Under the pieces are notes generated by a model that did no database searches, had not been told where the DNA came from, and worked only from the letters and a program-made list of their open reading frames with translations. The position numbers and the translations under genes were made by a program. Source: Tubiluchus corallicola (taxonomy: Eukaryota; Animalia; Priapulida). From it: a stretch of DNA of 64,000 bases. The stretch covers positions 740,066 through 804,065 of the forward strand of contig JAQGDQ010000011.1 of assembly GCA_030141605.1 (NCBI GenBank), given 5' to 3'. Shown piece by piece: positions 37,701-51,683 of the stretch (positions within the stretch are counted from its first letter, which is position 1; every line of letters starts with the position of its first letter).

Positions 37701-40700
37701 TTTTGTTCCTTCCAGAGGAACGTTATTTAGATTCGTTTCGTTATTTAGATCCGTTTCCTATTGCATATGTGGTTTACTATATATTAGTTCTTTGCTCACT
37801 GTTTTACTATGTACTCGGTATACAAGTTGTGTTCTGTACGTTTTGATCCATATACCCGCTTATCGCCCCTACTTTCATAGCAGCTCCAAGATAACTATAA
37901 CTGTATACGTGTAATACCAGGTGATTTATTAGTTTTACCCGTACACTAGGTGTTGTACCTTCTTATTAATTTCTACCTTGCATGGAGGATACATTTTTGA
38001 TTTTGCTTCATGACTCATTTGTGTGTGTAACTTTGTAAGTAACTGTTACTTTCGCTTTCCTTTGATAATAAAACGACATTCCGTGAATTGTTTATTTACA
38101 AGCATTGCTATATAGCGAAAGTAGCACAACTACTTATTCATTTTAGTTGTCTTATGCTGTACTATAAGCAAATATACATAGTGTTTTACCGTGTATTTAA
38201 AACCCCAGAATACAAAATACTCAGATACTTGTTGCATTTTGTCTTGTCAGATAATATGTCTGTTATGTCTTGTTTAAGAATATTATAAACAAATGTCTGC
38301 GACTTATAATTGTACTTCATAAATTTAGCCAGCAGTTTTTTTCAGTTTGTTTTAGAATATATAGCTTATAGCACTAATTAGTATTTGGTTTACTAAATAT
38401 TGAAATAATTTCTTCAGAACTAAATCGAAGTTGTTGCACATATCTGTGTGTCGTCTTTAGCTAAGTTTATGGCTAACGTTTTTACAATGTATAGTTGTTT
38501 CTATGAGACACTGCTTAATGGAAAGTTGCTCTAAATTTTCACTTTATAGCGTAAAATTGTAATCAATACAGTTGGGGGCATCCTGCGGACAACCAACTCC
38601 TTTGGGCTTTTAGAGGCTTCTTTGTTTCGTCTGCGATGTCGCGAGGAATGTCCGTTTCTTCACGGTGCGTCATTACTCATTCTCGCTCACTTTCCGTGTC
38701 TGTACGTGCGTGCCGCTGCAAAGGTGATTCGTAGGTTAATGGGTTAACTTTCTGTTTGGCTGCTGGGCGACCTATGTTTATGCAAGGGAATTAAACTAGA
38801 TTAGCCTAGTGGTGGTTTATTTTCATTAAGCTTAAGTGTTACTGTTAGAAAAGTAAGTTGCACTAGACGTTCTCACTCAATTTCAAACTTTATGTAAGAG
38901 ACCTGCAATGTGGTGTACATTTTTACTAGAAGCTTTTTGAGGCCTATAAAATCAAAATCACAAAAGAAAATTTGGGCTAAGCATAAAGTAGTTCGAGGCA
39001 ATATGGCCATTCTTATAAAGTTTGTTGTGCAATGGAACAGTAACAGTTGGTTAATAATCGGTATTGAGACGCTTGTTTTAGAGTACTCCGCTGTAGGGAC
39101 AACATGTTGCATCAAGGGTAGAAGGGAACCCCATTTATGTAATCACTTGTTTGTTTCAGCGCGATACCATAAAAAAGTAATTATTTGCCTCCTAGTAAAT
39201 AACGGAAAAAATGTCTTTGTTTTTTAGCAACAGATTTCTAATGAACTACTGCAATATATCGTAGAGTAGAGTGGTGGAAATACTAAGAGAATATAAAAAC
39301 TCTGTAGCTTATTCATATTTGTAATTATAATTCGGGTAGGATTAACCTTCACTCACCCACTCATTACCAAGGCAGGATGGAAATAAATAATAGGTTTTTA
39401 GGCGCTTATCCAGCAGTTCATCTGAGGGTAGTAATGTTTGATAAAAGGAAGTAGCCTCTAGGAATCGGTTAACACTCCCCCACACTTTACAGGTTTCGCT
39501 ACACGTGATTTACAGCGCGCATAATTCCCTGTATTACGGAGCACTAATCTACGCTCTGTTTAGCCATAATATTGACTAATCAATAAGCAGCAATGCCGCA
39601 ACCATGCAGCACTGCAGATGGCAAAGCTTTTACGTCCGTTCTCTGTATTGTTCTGTGTGCAGATGCATTACCGAGTCCATCAGGCCGTCAAACCTTCTGT
39701 GGCTTGGCTTCCTAGTAAAGCCGTCACAATAGGAGCTCTCGCGCGGGCTGGATGCAGCGAGCAATCGGACAAGCCTAAACAGAGTTTCCACTGACGGATA
39801 GGGAACTGTCTTTAGAAAAAAAAGGGAAAGTTTCATAAGTAAGAAAGCTGTCTTTGGGGAGGAAGGATGTAGATAAAAACTGTTTGACGTTTGCGTTTAA
39901 TGTAAATGGCGTAGATTTATTATAAAATCATATTGCCAGTGGTATTTATTGTAACATTGCATGAATGCCTTACAAAAGATAAAATATGGGTGTATGATTT
40001 TTGTCCTTGTAATTTTTTAATCACAAATTCTTTATTTGTAACAGCCACACCAACATCTTTATTTTACATCGTTTATTTCGCATTTCCAGTACACTTGTCA
40101 GCAAATCATTCATGAATTTTTATGTACATCCATGAAAAAACAAAGGACAAGTCATCATAATCATATGCCTATTGTCTATTGTAGACATTGGGCAGGCAGA
40201 AGTCTAAAATAAAAGAAATCTGCCCTTCAGACAGGTAAACGCAGCAGAAATCCAGCAAAAACTAGACACTGCTGTGCCAGTGGCTAGTCAGCGCCGTTTC
40301 CGATCACAAGTGTCAACTTGCTTTAACGTAAGCAATATAAGAATCTTTGTTTTGGTGTGCTTGTTCTTTAACTTAAGCACTACCAGAAATCTTCACGATA
40401 TGCTCGTCTGCACGTGAGGCGATTCGTGCTGTTTTTTTTTGTCATTTGGCTCATTTCACTTATTTTTTATTTCGATGAGCCTAAGACAGTGGGAACAAAT
40501 ACACATTCCATGTGACAACATGATCCATATCTCGACAATGCAAATGAAGTGAGAATTACTTCTACTACTTAAAGCGTTTATTTCACTAGTCACTATTTTG
40601 ATACTTCTAAAGTGTGGCACCTTGTATAGAAATATGAAATTGCTAATGAAAAAGATGTCTGATCAGGATGCCCCAATCTGACTGAAATAGGCTCAACTCC

Positions 40701-41254
40701 CCGATTAGCGATCTTGCCTTGTGAAAATGAGAAACCGTGTTCTGATAAGAATATTGAGCAAAATGTTCATTTGGATTCAATGATGGATGACGTGTATCTC
40801 ATTTCTGTTAATTCTATTTACCCGTCAGACGCTGCTGTATCTCATTAATAACTCAGAGGTCCAGTAATTATTATGGTTGCTGTGGCGTCGCGTTCTGCAA
40901 TTTACCATCGCACTAATTGCGCTGCGCACTAATAAATAAGGCAAAGTTGCAGTGGATGTTCACCGTCTCACCGTCTATGTGTACAGAAATTTATTGAAAT
41001 TTCAGTGTAATTGCAACAAAAAGTACAAGTTATGAATTTCAAGAAGCAGAGCTTATTTGGTTATTATTTCTTTTCATAAATTTTGCTAGTTCTAGGTTAC
41101 AGTTTACAGTCTAAGTTTGTGTGCAGTGGCGTATTAAACAGTTAAAAAGTAAACGAACTAATTTCCTCCCGTGAGCGTATGGCCCATTATAATTGGCGCT
41201 AGCATATTTTCAGTCACTACTGAGTTGCTGGATAATATAGTGGTTAATATGCTT

Positions 41255-41283
41255 TCAATCCAATTCAATTCACCTTTATTTTA
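41255..41283 (-). mobile_element. LINE-type 3' tail, AATAAAGGT followed by (GAATT)n-like repeats
   Basis: Plus strand TCAATCCAATTCAATTCACCTTTATTT; the adjacent AT-rich sequence to ~41800 may be decayed LINE body. Confidence 0.35.
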
Positions 41284-42105
41284 GCATATGAAATTGTCAT
41301 ACAACACACTGAACAGAAATTAGTATTCGCACAAAAAACGCAGCCTACTAATTACAACAACAAGAATGATTACAAATTAACTGGTCAACACCGATATCAC
41401 ACCAGACAAGCGAAAAATATTCTTTTCGGTTGTACATAAAAGGAACTGTTTTTTTTTCGTATCCACTTTCACCACATTTTTAGGCTTTCTTAATTGAATT
41501 TATCTAATAAAAAAGAACTGTTGATATAATATATCTTTAAATCTCAAAAAAATTTATAATACAAAGTAATTCATTTTACATGTGTCTTGTTCGTTAAAAT
41601 ATTTTCTGTACTACAACTTTTGTGATATAGCCTATTTAATTTTTTTCTAGGAAAATAAAAACAGTGTATTATGTAAATGATATGAGCACATACAGATTAG
41701 TAAAGTAAAACTGTACTATTTTAATGACATTATTTTTAATTTAACTGCCTCCATTTTGGTAACATTTTTGTGCTCCTTCATTCTGGTGCCATAGTTTGTG
41801 AGAACAAAGATCAAAATCAAGATGTTAATTAATTAATTTCATACAGCTTCTCTTACAAACTAATATCACTCAGCGACACTTTGTGATAATCTGTATGCAC
41901 AAGAAGTTCAAGAACATGTTAATTTTGTATCTTGTTTCACAAAATTGTGTTTTAATAAGTTATAAATACTGTACCTAGATTTTAATCCTGTCACACTTAT
42001 TCAACGTTGTTAGTAGGTCACGTCACTGAGGTCAACGTCATTTCACTGAGTGCTCGATACCGGCTGACAGCATACAGAGCTGAATAAAGGTGGGGTTTCG
42101 CTCAT

Positions 42106-42560
42106 TTAAGGGGGAAGGAAAGGGAATTTTAAAGTATACTATAAGAACTGTTCTTACAGTGTTACAAATGTTACTTAGCATTATGCTTACCTATTTGAAA
42201 GACTTATGTAATTGAAAAAAAAATTCTTAATAATTTTTAAATTTTAAAGTGTTCGCATCAACTGGTAAAACAGCACTGCATCGTCATCCCATCATGCACC
42301 ACTGGCTCACCAAAAAAAACATTGATCTTATTGACAATATAAAGTAATTTAGACTTGTGCTGAGTTAGGGAAGAGTGCGCAGCGAATGTGCTGATTATTT
42401 TTCAATGTTATTTAAACTTGTTTTAGACGACTTACCATTAAAATGGCTGCGCCTAACGGTCATCGTGCTGAGTTTAAATTACAAATTTTATACAGCGTTA
42501 CTGCTAATACAGACCCTGTATGCAGCACGACAGCATGTAAGCGATATATATTTTAAGATG
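42106..42560 (+). mobile_element. Dispersed repeat copy B (same family as 31264-31710)
   Basis: See copy A; begins TTAAGGGGGAAGG. It accounts for ORF 42375-42605. Confidence 0.78.
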
Positions 42561-43297
42561 AATTTTTTAAAGTTTATTTGTAAAGAATATTTTCTTGTGT
42601 TTTAATTAAGAAATACTCGTGTTACGGGTGACAGCAATTGACAAAAATTGAATTAGAGTGACCATATCAAGTGGATTGCAAGTGAATTTGATAGTTTACT
42701 TTTGCTCATTTGCAAGCTAGATTAGTATAAATATTTTAACCACTAATAGCTGAGGCTGAAACAACAAGTGAAGAGTACTTTTAAATAAATTGTCCGAAGT
42801 GCAATCTGTTTTTGTGCGCTGATCGCCTGGCTATCATTAATTTCATAAAGCTATAATAGATGGCAGCGCAGTGTGTATGTCGAACCTGGCTGTTGATTTT
42901 TTTGCCTTAACGTTATGACATGTCCGTAATTGCGCTCAGCTGTGAGCCTTGGGAAGCTTTAGTTAGCTCCGAGATTGTTAAGGATTTTTCGCTGAAATTT
43001 CATCTGCCAGCAGCATTAGAAGCGTTGAGAATTGAGACGGCGTGTTATTCCAGTGTGCAAGTGAGTGAAAGCAGCTTTCAGCACAGCTCACACACCGAGT
43101 GTCTGGAATGGCCGCTGTGCTGTTTAGAAAAGGACGAATGTTTCTGTTAGTCTTGGATTTTGTTTGGGACTTTGGTCCACTTAGTAGTCTTACAGTTTAC
43201 GCTTTTGCCTTGAAAACATGTTCAGGCTGCAAAGAAATCCGGCACCAGAATAGACATCAATTACATAACCGATCTAGCTTTAAATGCGAAATTTAAT

Positions 43298-43475
43298 GGT
43301 GACCGGTAATAATGTCACAGGAAAAGAGTCACGGTATAAGAAGCCACAATTCTGGATAGGAGAAAGGTCACCGTTGTGGTTAGGGTTAGGATTAGGGTTA
43401 CTTCTTTTTTTCCTGTGACTTTTTCACTGTGACTTTTTTCTGTGAATATTTACCTGTGACTTTTTACCTGGATTC
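43298..43475 (+). mobile_element. Non-autonomous element with asymmetric inverted ends and TTAGGG repeats, copy 1
   Basis: Starts GGTGACCGGTAATAA, then GTCACAGGAAAA-type repeats, GGTTAGGGTTAGGATTAGGGTTA and inverted CCTGTGACTTTTT repeats; ends TTTTACCTGGATTC. Confidence 0.8.
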
Positions 43476-44840
43476 AATTTATTATACAATTGATGGATTC
43501 TTGGATGAGAACTGGCCATATTTAACCCACTAAATTTTTTGTTATCATTAATTTCATAAAATTGGAATTACCTTGTTATTTTATTATTTGAATAAGTTTG
43601 TGTTAATTATTGTGAAAACAATGAATTATGATGTTAAACAGATTAGTGTGAGACAGTTTGAAAATTTCAAGTTTTGAAAGTAGTTTACAATTAGTGAAGT
43701 AAGACACTGTAATAATGTGTGTAGCAGTTCTGAAATTCATATTCAAAAAACCAGAGCTCTTGTCTGGTTTTTGATTATATACAGGGTTAGATAATATTTC
43801 TCCGTTTACTCACATCTATTCACTTCTTTTTTTAATTTTGGTAAACATTTTTTCTTAGCCATTGTAGGTTCACACTAATTCTCTCACAGTTTTACATTCG
43901 CTGGAATGACGTTCCTTAGAGAATTCTTTATGAAAAATCGCTGTTAGGACCTAGGACTACTAAGAAAAAATCAACTAAATTTTTTGGGGTGAATGAATCA
44001 ATCAATAAATTGGTCAATAAATAGTCTTTACTCTTTCTCGGTCTTTTTCAGTATAATGCTGTTTCTTCCCCATACTCTCAGATATTTTCTCTGACATTCC
44101 CCAGCTACTGCGTTAGGTCGTGCTTCATTTCACTCATTTTGCAACATTATCCTAGGCCTAAGGGCTCGGTCACATCGGTACGCGTACGTGCATTCACACG
44201 GTAGTAACCCGTGCGCACATTTCACGACTGTGTGTTTATATTGCATGATACTATAACCTGTCATAATGCAACATGTGGTGCGCCTCCATTTAATGGTAGT
44301 GCGTGTAGGACGATACTGACTCTGAATTTAGGAGATGTTGTATCTCAAGCAGGTGGCTGACATATGAACTTCCTGAGAATATTAGAACAGCAGGCAAACA
44401 AGCACAGTTTTATATATAGAATGAACCCCCCTATGTGAGTGACATCGGTCCCGTGTTTTTAAGCCGTCTCTCTGTAATGTATATCGCTCAGCTTCTTTTC
44501 CAGTGAGGCTCTAGATGACGAGGTTGCCGACGCGCGAAGCACTTATTTTAAAATTCATTTTTAAGGTGTTTAAAGATCGAGACGATATCGTACCAATTGT
44601 TTGTTATTAAATGACTTCTGTTGCTTAAGTACTTATGCTCAAAGCCCCTATTTTTTGTTTTTCGTTTTTTTTATTAATTTTCAACTTAATCTGTCTGTAA
44701 CTCCTAATACTAATAATAATATTAATAATTAATATTTGTTTTAAAGTTGGCATTTGAATGACAATTTACACCCGACTATATATAATAAATTATGAATAGC
44801 CCAGGTAAATACCAACTCTAAACTACATAGCAGAGACCAC

Positions 44841-44963
44841 GTGCCAGGTAGGGCAACAGGAGGTACCATTTTTCAAGTCTTTGGTAAGATACGGCCGTGG
44901 TTTTGAATTTACGACCTACTAGACAAAAAACAGACCCGTTACCATTACACTATACGGTCTGGT
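44841..44963 (-). mobile_element. tRNA-derived SINE with MetaSINE-like central domain (partial)
   Basis: Minus strand carries a tRNA-like head (TAGTGTAATGG ... AATTCAAAACC) followed by TACCAAAGACTTGAAAAATGGTACCTCCTGTTGCCCTACCTGGCAC, matching the Meta domain as I recall it (ACCAAAGACT..AAAAATGGTAC...CCCTGC.TGGCAC). Confidence 0.72.
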
Positions 44964-45149
44964 AACATACATACTTTATACATACATACATATGTATATA
45001 CATACACCATGTATTACGTCTGTAATTTCTATTTGCAGTTGTAATTATGAATAAATTGTGAAGTTTTTCCACGACCCAGGTTAGAAATGTAATTTCAATA
45101 TACATAAATGAACATATTCAAACTCTATCCTATAATTTTGCAAGTACTT

Positions 45150-45184
45150 GTGTGTATATATGTATGTATATATATATATATATG

Positions 45185-45223
<39 letters not shown>

Positions 45224-45282
45224 CGTGCGTGTGCGTGCGCGCGCGTGTGTGTGTGTATGTATATATATGTATATGTCTGTGT
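45150..45282. repeat. Compound (TA)n/(GT)n/(GCGT)n microsatellite
   Basis: Direct reading; source of four spurious ORFs at 45081-45444. Confidence 0.95.
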
Positions 45283-45339
45283 ATCACTTTGTTACTCAGA
45301 AGTCAGCATTGTCCATTACGAAACTTGTTTCCGCGTCCT

Positions 45340-45353
45340 GTATCCATGGCAAC
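45340..45353. promoter_or_regulatory. RFX X-box motif
   Basis: GTATCCATGGCAAC fits the 14-bp X-box consensus GTHNYYATRRNAAC. Confidence 0.45.
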
Positions 45354-46778
45354 ACTTAATTATCCCTCCATTTCTGGAATTATCTTTCATACAATGGCAT
45401 TTACTAGAAGCCTAATTATTAGGAGAATAAATTTCCTAGTCTAGAAATAATTTAAATGTCTAGCGTTTTCTCTTCTAATTAAAAACAAAATTTTCTTACT
45501 GCCTGACTGCTAGAATTTGTTCAGTGGATTGTTTTTGTATGCTGCGTGTGTGTGCGTAACAAAAATACGTTTGTATTCTGTAAGTCGAAATTTCCTTGAC
45601 CTGTGTCAGCTGTAGCTAAATAAAAAAGTACTTAGCTTGTTAACTAGTATTCGGGTAAAGTATGTATTAGTTTTATTAGAATGCGTCTGCCTCTATTATC
45701 GTATAGTATTGAAATATTAAATAAAATTTATATCTAATATCACGTGCGCCAGAGCGTAACGCGTTGTATTACGATAATAAAAATATTGCTGGCCCTTTAG
45801 AGTAATTAGAATTCAATGTAAAAATTTACGATTTGAAAAGGCATTAAAATGAGTTATCATAGCTGCGGTAAATGTTTTAATGTATGTCCTGCAGCATGGG
45901 CTGTTTTCCAAGAAAAACACCGGTTACTAGTTGTAACAGCAGAAACAAATAACAAAAACAAAGGCGAAGAAACCACCACTAAAAGCCTTTGGATTATAAT
46001 TATTTTTGCGAGCATGGCAAAGTAATAACATATGAGAAACAATTAGAGAATACTTAGAAACTATTAAATTACTTGGGCTGTCAGTTTCTCTGTTTTGTTC
46101 TACCTGTACTTCCCGCTTCTCGTTTGTTTCCTTGCTTTTGATGCCTTTTTTTAACGCAGACTACTTCGTTGTAATTATATGCGGGACAAAAGCATATATT
46201 TGTGCAAGAAAAACGAACTTAAACCTCGCGAGCCTCTTGCTTTATCCAGGACTTGGCTACTCAAAATACACATGTGGGCCAGATGTTCAACCACCCTCTT
46301 GTGTATTGCAGGCTGCAGAGCTCTCAGACTGTGTTTTGGGCTAAGCAAAGCTGGAACAAAGAGTGTGTTGATGTCTGGCGTGTCGTCGCGCGAAAAATTC
46401 GATTCATTTCGCGATAATAGTCGCGTGGCGAACTGAAATTTTTTTCAAGTTTAGTGCTTTCTGTAATTGTGAAGTAAAAGAACTTAGCTTTTGTGATTTG
46501 TAGTCATTGATTTTATGTGAAATAATATGGCAAGTGGAAGTACACCGATCCCGAAAGGTCTGTTCTGTATTGTCTTACTGCTATTTTTTAACAACTAGCG
46601 AGACTTACAGGAATTCACTCCAGAATTGACACCAATTTGACGTGCTTGCGTAAGTAAAAAAGAATCTTAATTGATTTTATTAATCACCTGTACCATTTTG
46701 ACTGTACCAGTACCATTGTGATTTTGGGATAAATTTGCGTCGATGAATAAAACATGTGTGTCGAATCGTAATAGTTGT

Positions 46779-46802
46779 ATAATAATAATAATAATAATAG
46801 TT

Positions 46803-46845
<43 letters not shown>
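46779..46845. repeat. (AAT)n/(GAT) microsatellite
   Basis: Direct reading; source of the poly-I and poly-Y ORFs. Confidence 0.95.
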
Positions 46846-47509
46846 CAGACACCAGTTCTATAATATACAGTGTACAAACATAAATTTTATTCGTCCACAT
46901 TTACTTTCACTTTAGGTGTGCTTTAAAAAGTCACTTTGAAATAAGTGTGCGTATGTGGAATTCCATATACCTAGTAACTACATTTCTTCAATGGAAAGTA
47001 CTTGTGACTATCTAGTTAGAAATTCGTAATATATAAACGATTTTTATATGCCACGCCGCATCAGAACTATGTAAAATGGACGGGTAATGCTTAGCCCTAA
47101 TGCTGGGGCCTTCTAGCATAATCCGCAGGATAAACATATTAACACCGAGGTCAAGCAAGTGAGAAAAACACAACGATAGAACGCACAAAAACGTCTGCAT
47201 TTCTTGTATCATAATTATGGTTGAATCACTTTCTGGACTGAACTGACTAGAATTCAGTTTTTGTTGAGAAATGTTGAACAGTTTTCCTACCACCGCATGT
47301 CTCGGAATTAACAGTTTTGATTAAATGTGTAGCAAAATACGGACTGGCGATCATCCCCTTAATTTATTGTAAAAATTCTTCAAAAAAACAAAGACAAGAT
47401 TTTTCACCCGTTTAAAAGACAACGTTAATACTAACGGCTGTTTAGCGACTTACAACAGTACAGATACGGACGCAACACGCAAATAACGAATGTATATACC
47501 CTGACGTTG

Positions 47510-47575
47510 ACAGCCGCTAGTCTCGAACACAAGACGGTGTGTTTGCAATTCGAAATCTAAACCACTCGGCTGCCC
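47510..47575 (-). mobile_element. tRNA-derived SINE head (degenerate)
   Basis: Minus strand GGCAGCCGAGTGGTTTAG (A box) ... GTGTTCGAGACT (B box) at tRNA-like spacing; the stems are degenerate. Confidence 0.5.
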
Positions 47576-48036
47576 AACCTGGGATCATTCTTTAAGAAAA
47601 TATCAGTCTTAACCAATAAGACAACCTAAAATTTTATATAACTGCCAGTTTTAATATCAAAAACTAATAAAACCGTAGTCGAAAACCGTAGGGTAGGAAT
47701 TAACCACGTTTCTGTTGTTGCCAGAATACAGGCTGCACAGTGCTACCTTACCAATTTCATTCAATTAGTTAAATTAAAATCGGTATATAATCGTTTCGTC
47801 AAGTTGGCTGTACTGCCTCTGCAACGCTTTGGACAGAAAATTGCAGTAATTACGGATTCATAACTAACGCTTTGGCATTTTGCCAAATGGCATGTCGAAT
47901 TTTAGACGTCTTTAGGGCTTATGGCAATTGAAAACAGATTTATATCCAAATGGAGCCTGTTACTTTCCCATTTGTTTTTCTTCCCTAGAAACGTTGAACT
48001 TGTTTAGCAAATGCGGGTTGATTCAAGCTCGTTTCG

Positions 48037-48148
48037 GTTTGAAATTTCGCTATGGCTTGTTGTCAGGAGTTTAAGCATGAAAATGCATCGTTGTTTGAAA
48101 TTTCGCTATGGCTTGTTGTCAGGAGTTTAAGCATGAAAATGCATCGTT
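48037..48148. repeat. Perfect tandem duplication, 2 x 56 bp
   Basis: GTTTGAAATTTCGCTATGGCTTGTTGTCAGGAGTTTAAGCATGAAAATGCATCGTT at 48037 and 48093. Confidence 0.95.
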
Positions 48149-49579
48149 ATAACTTGTATGTTTTAGTGCAATTGTGCAAAATGCTTTAGAAATTTCCCAC
48201 TTTTACCGGGTTTGTAGCTTTCATCACTTTAATGCACCAGCATGAGAAATTGTTTCGAATTTGTCAATGTTTTCATTGAAAAATTGCGCATTCAAAGATT
48301 GGCAGAAAGTTTAGTGAGATAGTGAGTTTAGTGAGTTTAGTATCAAATTTAAAAAACTTGACTTTGGGGTTTTAATGCCATCACTGTCTTCGAGAAAATT
48401 ATCATCGTTAGAATTTCAAACAAGCTAAATGTTATTTTTAGTTTATGAAAAGTTTGTGCATTGATTATATTTGTGCCGCGCTATATTTTATTAGTCGTTA
48501 TCTATACCAAGTTTTAGGAGAACTAGTAGGGTTTTGTAGTTTTTTAAATTAGTTTCTTGTACATGCATGTACATTTGACTCTGTAATTATTTTCGAGATT
48601 AATGTAGCTTCGAGGCGAAATAAACTACAGTTTTATTCCATAAATAAACGTAGTTTTAGGTTTGCTTTACTTCTTACATGAAACTAATTCTTAAAAAATC
48701 AATGATATCGCGGAAAGCTGCGCACAAGCTGTTTAAGCGAAATTTAAAGATATAGCCAAACTCTATAGACACAGTACCATAGTTGCAACTGTATGCACTA
48801 TAACGGTTTCTGCGTAAACATCATTTTAATCAATTCCTCGCCTCGTTATAGATCGTCTCTTTTGAGAGATGAAATTATCTCTCTCATTGGGTGGCGTTAA
48901 TAAAATGGAAAAGCATTCTCGTCTTGCTCGCTGGGGTCAATACATGCGTCTATAGTCTAGCTTATTTACACAGAAAACACGCAGGAAATTGCAGCCTACC
49001 TGATCAATCATAGGGTTTCCTATCTTGCAAATATTTACCATAACGTATTGAACGTAATCTAGACCGTATAATGAGTCAGTGTGGCTATAGCTTTTCTGTT
49101 GCGCATCGGCAGAAATATTTCGAAACCGTTGTATATTCGCTTATATAAATTCTAGTGAATTGGATTATTCACGAAATTTTTGTCTAAAAAATTTAAATTC
49201 GTTTCTGTTCAAAGCATTACCAGGAAACCGATAACTGAAAAAATAGACAAATGTCGCCAAAAATACCAAATTATACAAGAACCAGAAAAAAGAAAAATTA
49301 TAATATGACAAACTAAACTAATTTAATGTGTAGCACTGTCTAAGAACAGAAGTACCGCATTTTAACTTACATAATAAATTAAATAGCAGTAAAAATTTTG
49401 ACAGTGAATTATCTGTTTTTACAAAAATACGCATGTACACATAATTATTAATTATTAATGCATATTAGAATTTTGATAGTTTTTGAGGGCAGAGGTTGTC
49501 ACGTAGAATGTTAACAGTATGACCTGATTTTAATATCTGTGTATTTACTTTATATGTATTAGTTGTGGTGATGTTTTTT

Positions 49580-49880
49580 GGTGACCGGTAATAAACCACA
49601 GGAAAAAAATCACAATTAGTTTATGGTGGCCGGAGAAAAGTCAAGTTTTATTAAGAGAGAAAGATGGTAGTCAATTCAGTCACAGTTTATTTAAATACGA
49701 TCAAACAAACAAAGCAATATTTTAAATCAGTTATTAACCGTTTTGACAACACTATTTATATCTGATTTACATGTACGTGAAAAAAATCGCCTTTTGTTCA
49801 ATATCTTATGGTTAGGGGTTAGTGTTAGGGTTATTTGTTTTTTCCTGTGACTTTTTACCTTGACTTTATTACCGGGATTC
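49580..49880 (+). mobile_element. TTAGGG-containing element, copy 2 (longest)
   Basis: GGTGACCGGTAATAAA ... GGTTAGGGGTTAGTGTTAGGGTTA ... CCTGTGACTTTTTACC ... TTATTACCGGGATTC, flanked by T runs on both sides. Confidence 0.8.
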
Positions 49881-51683
49881 GTTTTTTCACCTATACAAGC
49901 TTTTAAAATGACATACATGTTTGATGAGTGACAAATCTTTTTCTATATATAATAATTGTTAACATTGTATTGGTAGGTAAATGTTGTAAATGGCTTTGTT
50001 TTTGTGTCGTGGTTTTTTTACAATTACGCCATTGGTTTTATTTGTAACTAACTAAACGAAAGGTCGCTAGGACCAGTTTTCTTATGTTTGCAGCATGTAC
50101 GCTGGGCGTAGGCTTGACAGAGTGTAACCTACCCTGGACTGCTATGATAATGGTATTCTGCTTGACAAAGCATTAGATAATACCCATGCATTTTCATTCC
50201 CTCTGCGTGTAGTATGTAGTGTTAAGCTAGTGAATGCGTTGCCTAGGGGGTTTGACCTCATTTTACCGCTGACTCGCCATGTTAAGTGCTACTAGTAACT
50301 CTACTGCATTATTATATTACCTTTTAGTTACTAGAATTACTACAAAGTTAAAAGCACATGCGGGTTGATGATTGTTTGGCAGCATAGCTTTTGTACTTCA
50401 CGTCATGTGCATGTTCACACTGCACGCATAGATAGACAGTTATCTTTTGTATCGGACATTGGGTTATGCAGACATTTCGTTATTTGTGATAAAGCCCTGT
50501 AAAAGCCGTTTATGCTGTGAGGCACAGAATTTCTCATTTCTCTGTATGAACAGATTTTTATGTTCATCTCCGAATTCATGTTTTAATCCGTCTGCTGTCA
50601 CACGCGTTTTTAAAATGATTCTTTTAAAATCACACTTTTGTACATAGTAAATTGTGTAATAACTTATCTGTACTACATAATAGTAAGCAAGTAAATAATA
50701 AGAATTTAGAAAATCTGCTCAAGACATATTATTGTTATATTCGGATTTCACCACTTTAAGTCAAAATAGCGCATTCATTGTTTATTGATGATGTAACCTT
50801 TTGTTTTGTAGAACTAAAATGTAAGTAAAATTTGTGTAGTATACTCTTCTTTTGTTAATTAACTTATACATATGAAATCGACTGCAAACATTCGTGGCAG
50901 TAATTTAGAATAGACTAACTCAAACTTATCGGAGTATGAAACTCAAATAAATTTTGATCTTTGTTTTTATAAACTATACTAGATAGGGAGGTGTGGAAAA
51001 TATGTTTGTTCTCTGATTTGCCACCTACTTGTCTTGCTTATTATTAATGGTGTACAAACAAATAATATGTACAAAGAATTTAACATTTACTTCATTTTTC
51101 GCTGCAATTTTGTGCACAAAGTCATTTTTATATAGCCATCTGTTTTATCGGCTTTTTATATGTATTTCAACATTGTGTTTCCTTCATTACAATATAGTAC
51201 AGTATTTACATCTTTACTTGTTACACACATTCTCCTTTAATAAAAAATAACCTAAAAAATACCAAATATTTTTCTTAATGAAAATTTTATATATAAAATC
51301 TCTATATTGTGGGTTTCTTATCAAATTGATGCTATTCTTGTTAAGTTTTTCGAAACTTTTTACACTTTATTTCGTAATTATTTTCGTTCAACTTGCTCCT
51401 AACATCTGTAGTGTAGCTTGTATATAGCTGAGTCTAAAGAAGTTTTAAGAAGACCTGCTTTGATATTTTTTGGTACAACAGAGCCCTCAATTTTTGCTCA
51501 TCTATGCATTTGTTTTTGATTTTTCTCATGTGGTTAAGCAGGGATAAATACAGTAAACAATAATAACAAAATATGGCAATTAATCAAAAATAGGATCCTG
51601 GCATGTGAAGTATGTGCATAAAATATAGTTTTATTTTTAACAAACTTTTGTTGTTAAGTCATGAAATGCTATTTAATTTCAAT

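Noticed and set aside
44159-44175. Harbinger/PIF-like left end TAA-GGGCTCGGTCACA
   Set aside because: No matching right TIR found.
45081-46900. VC-, HT-, poly-I and poly-Y-rich ORFs
   Set aside because: Translations of microsatellites.
13685-47575. Functional tRNA genes at the A/B-box segments
   Set aside because: Acceptor and anticodon stems do not pair; better explained as SINE heads.
47870-48430. Possible transposase remnant on the minus strand
   Set aside because: Translations gave no recognisable catalytic motif.
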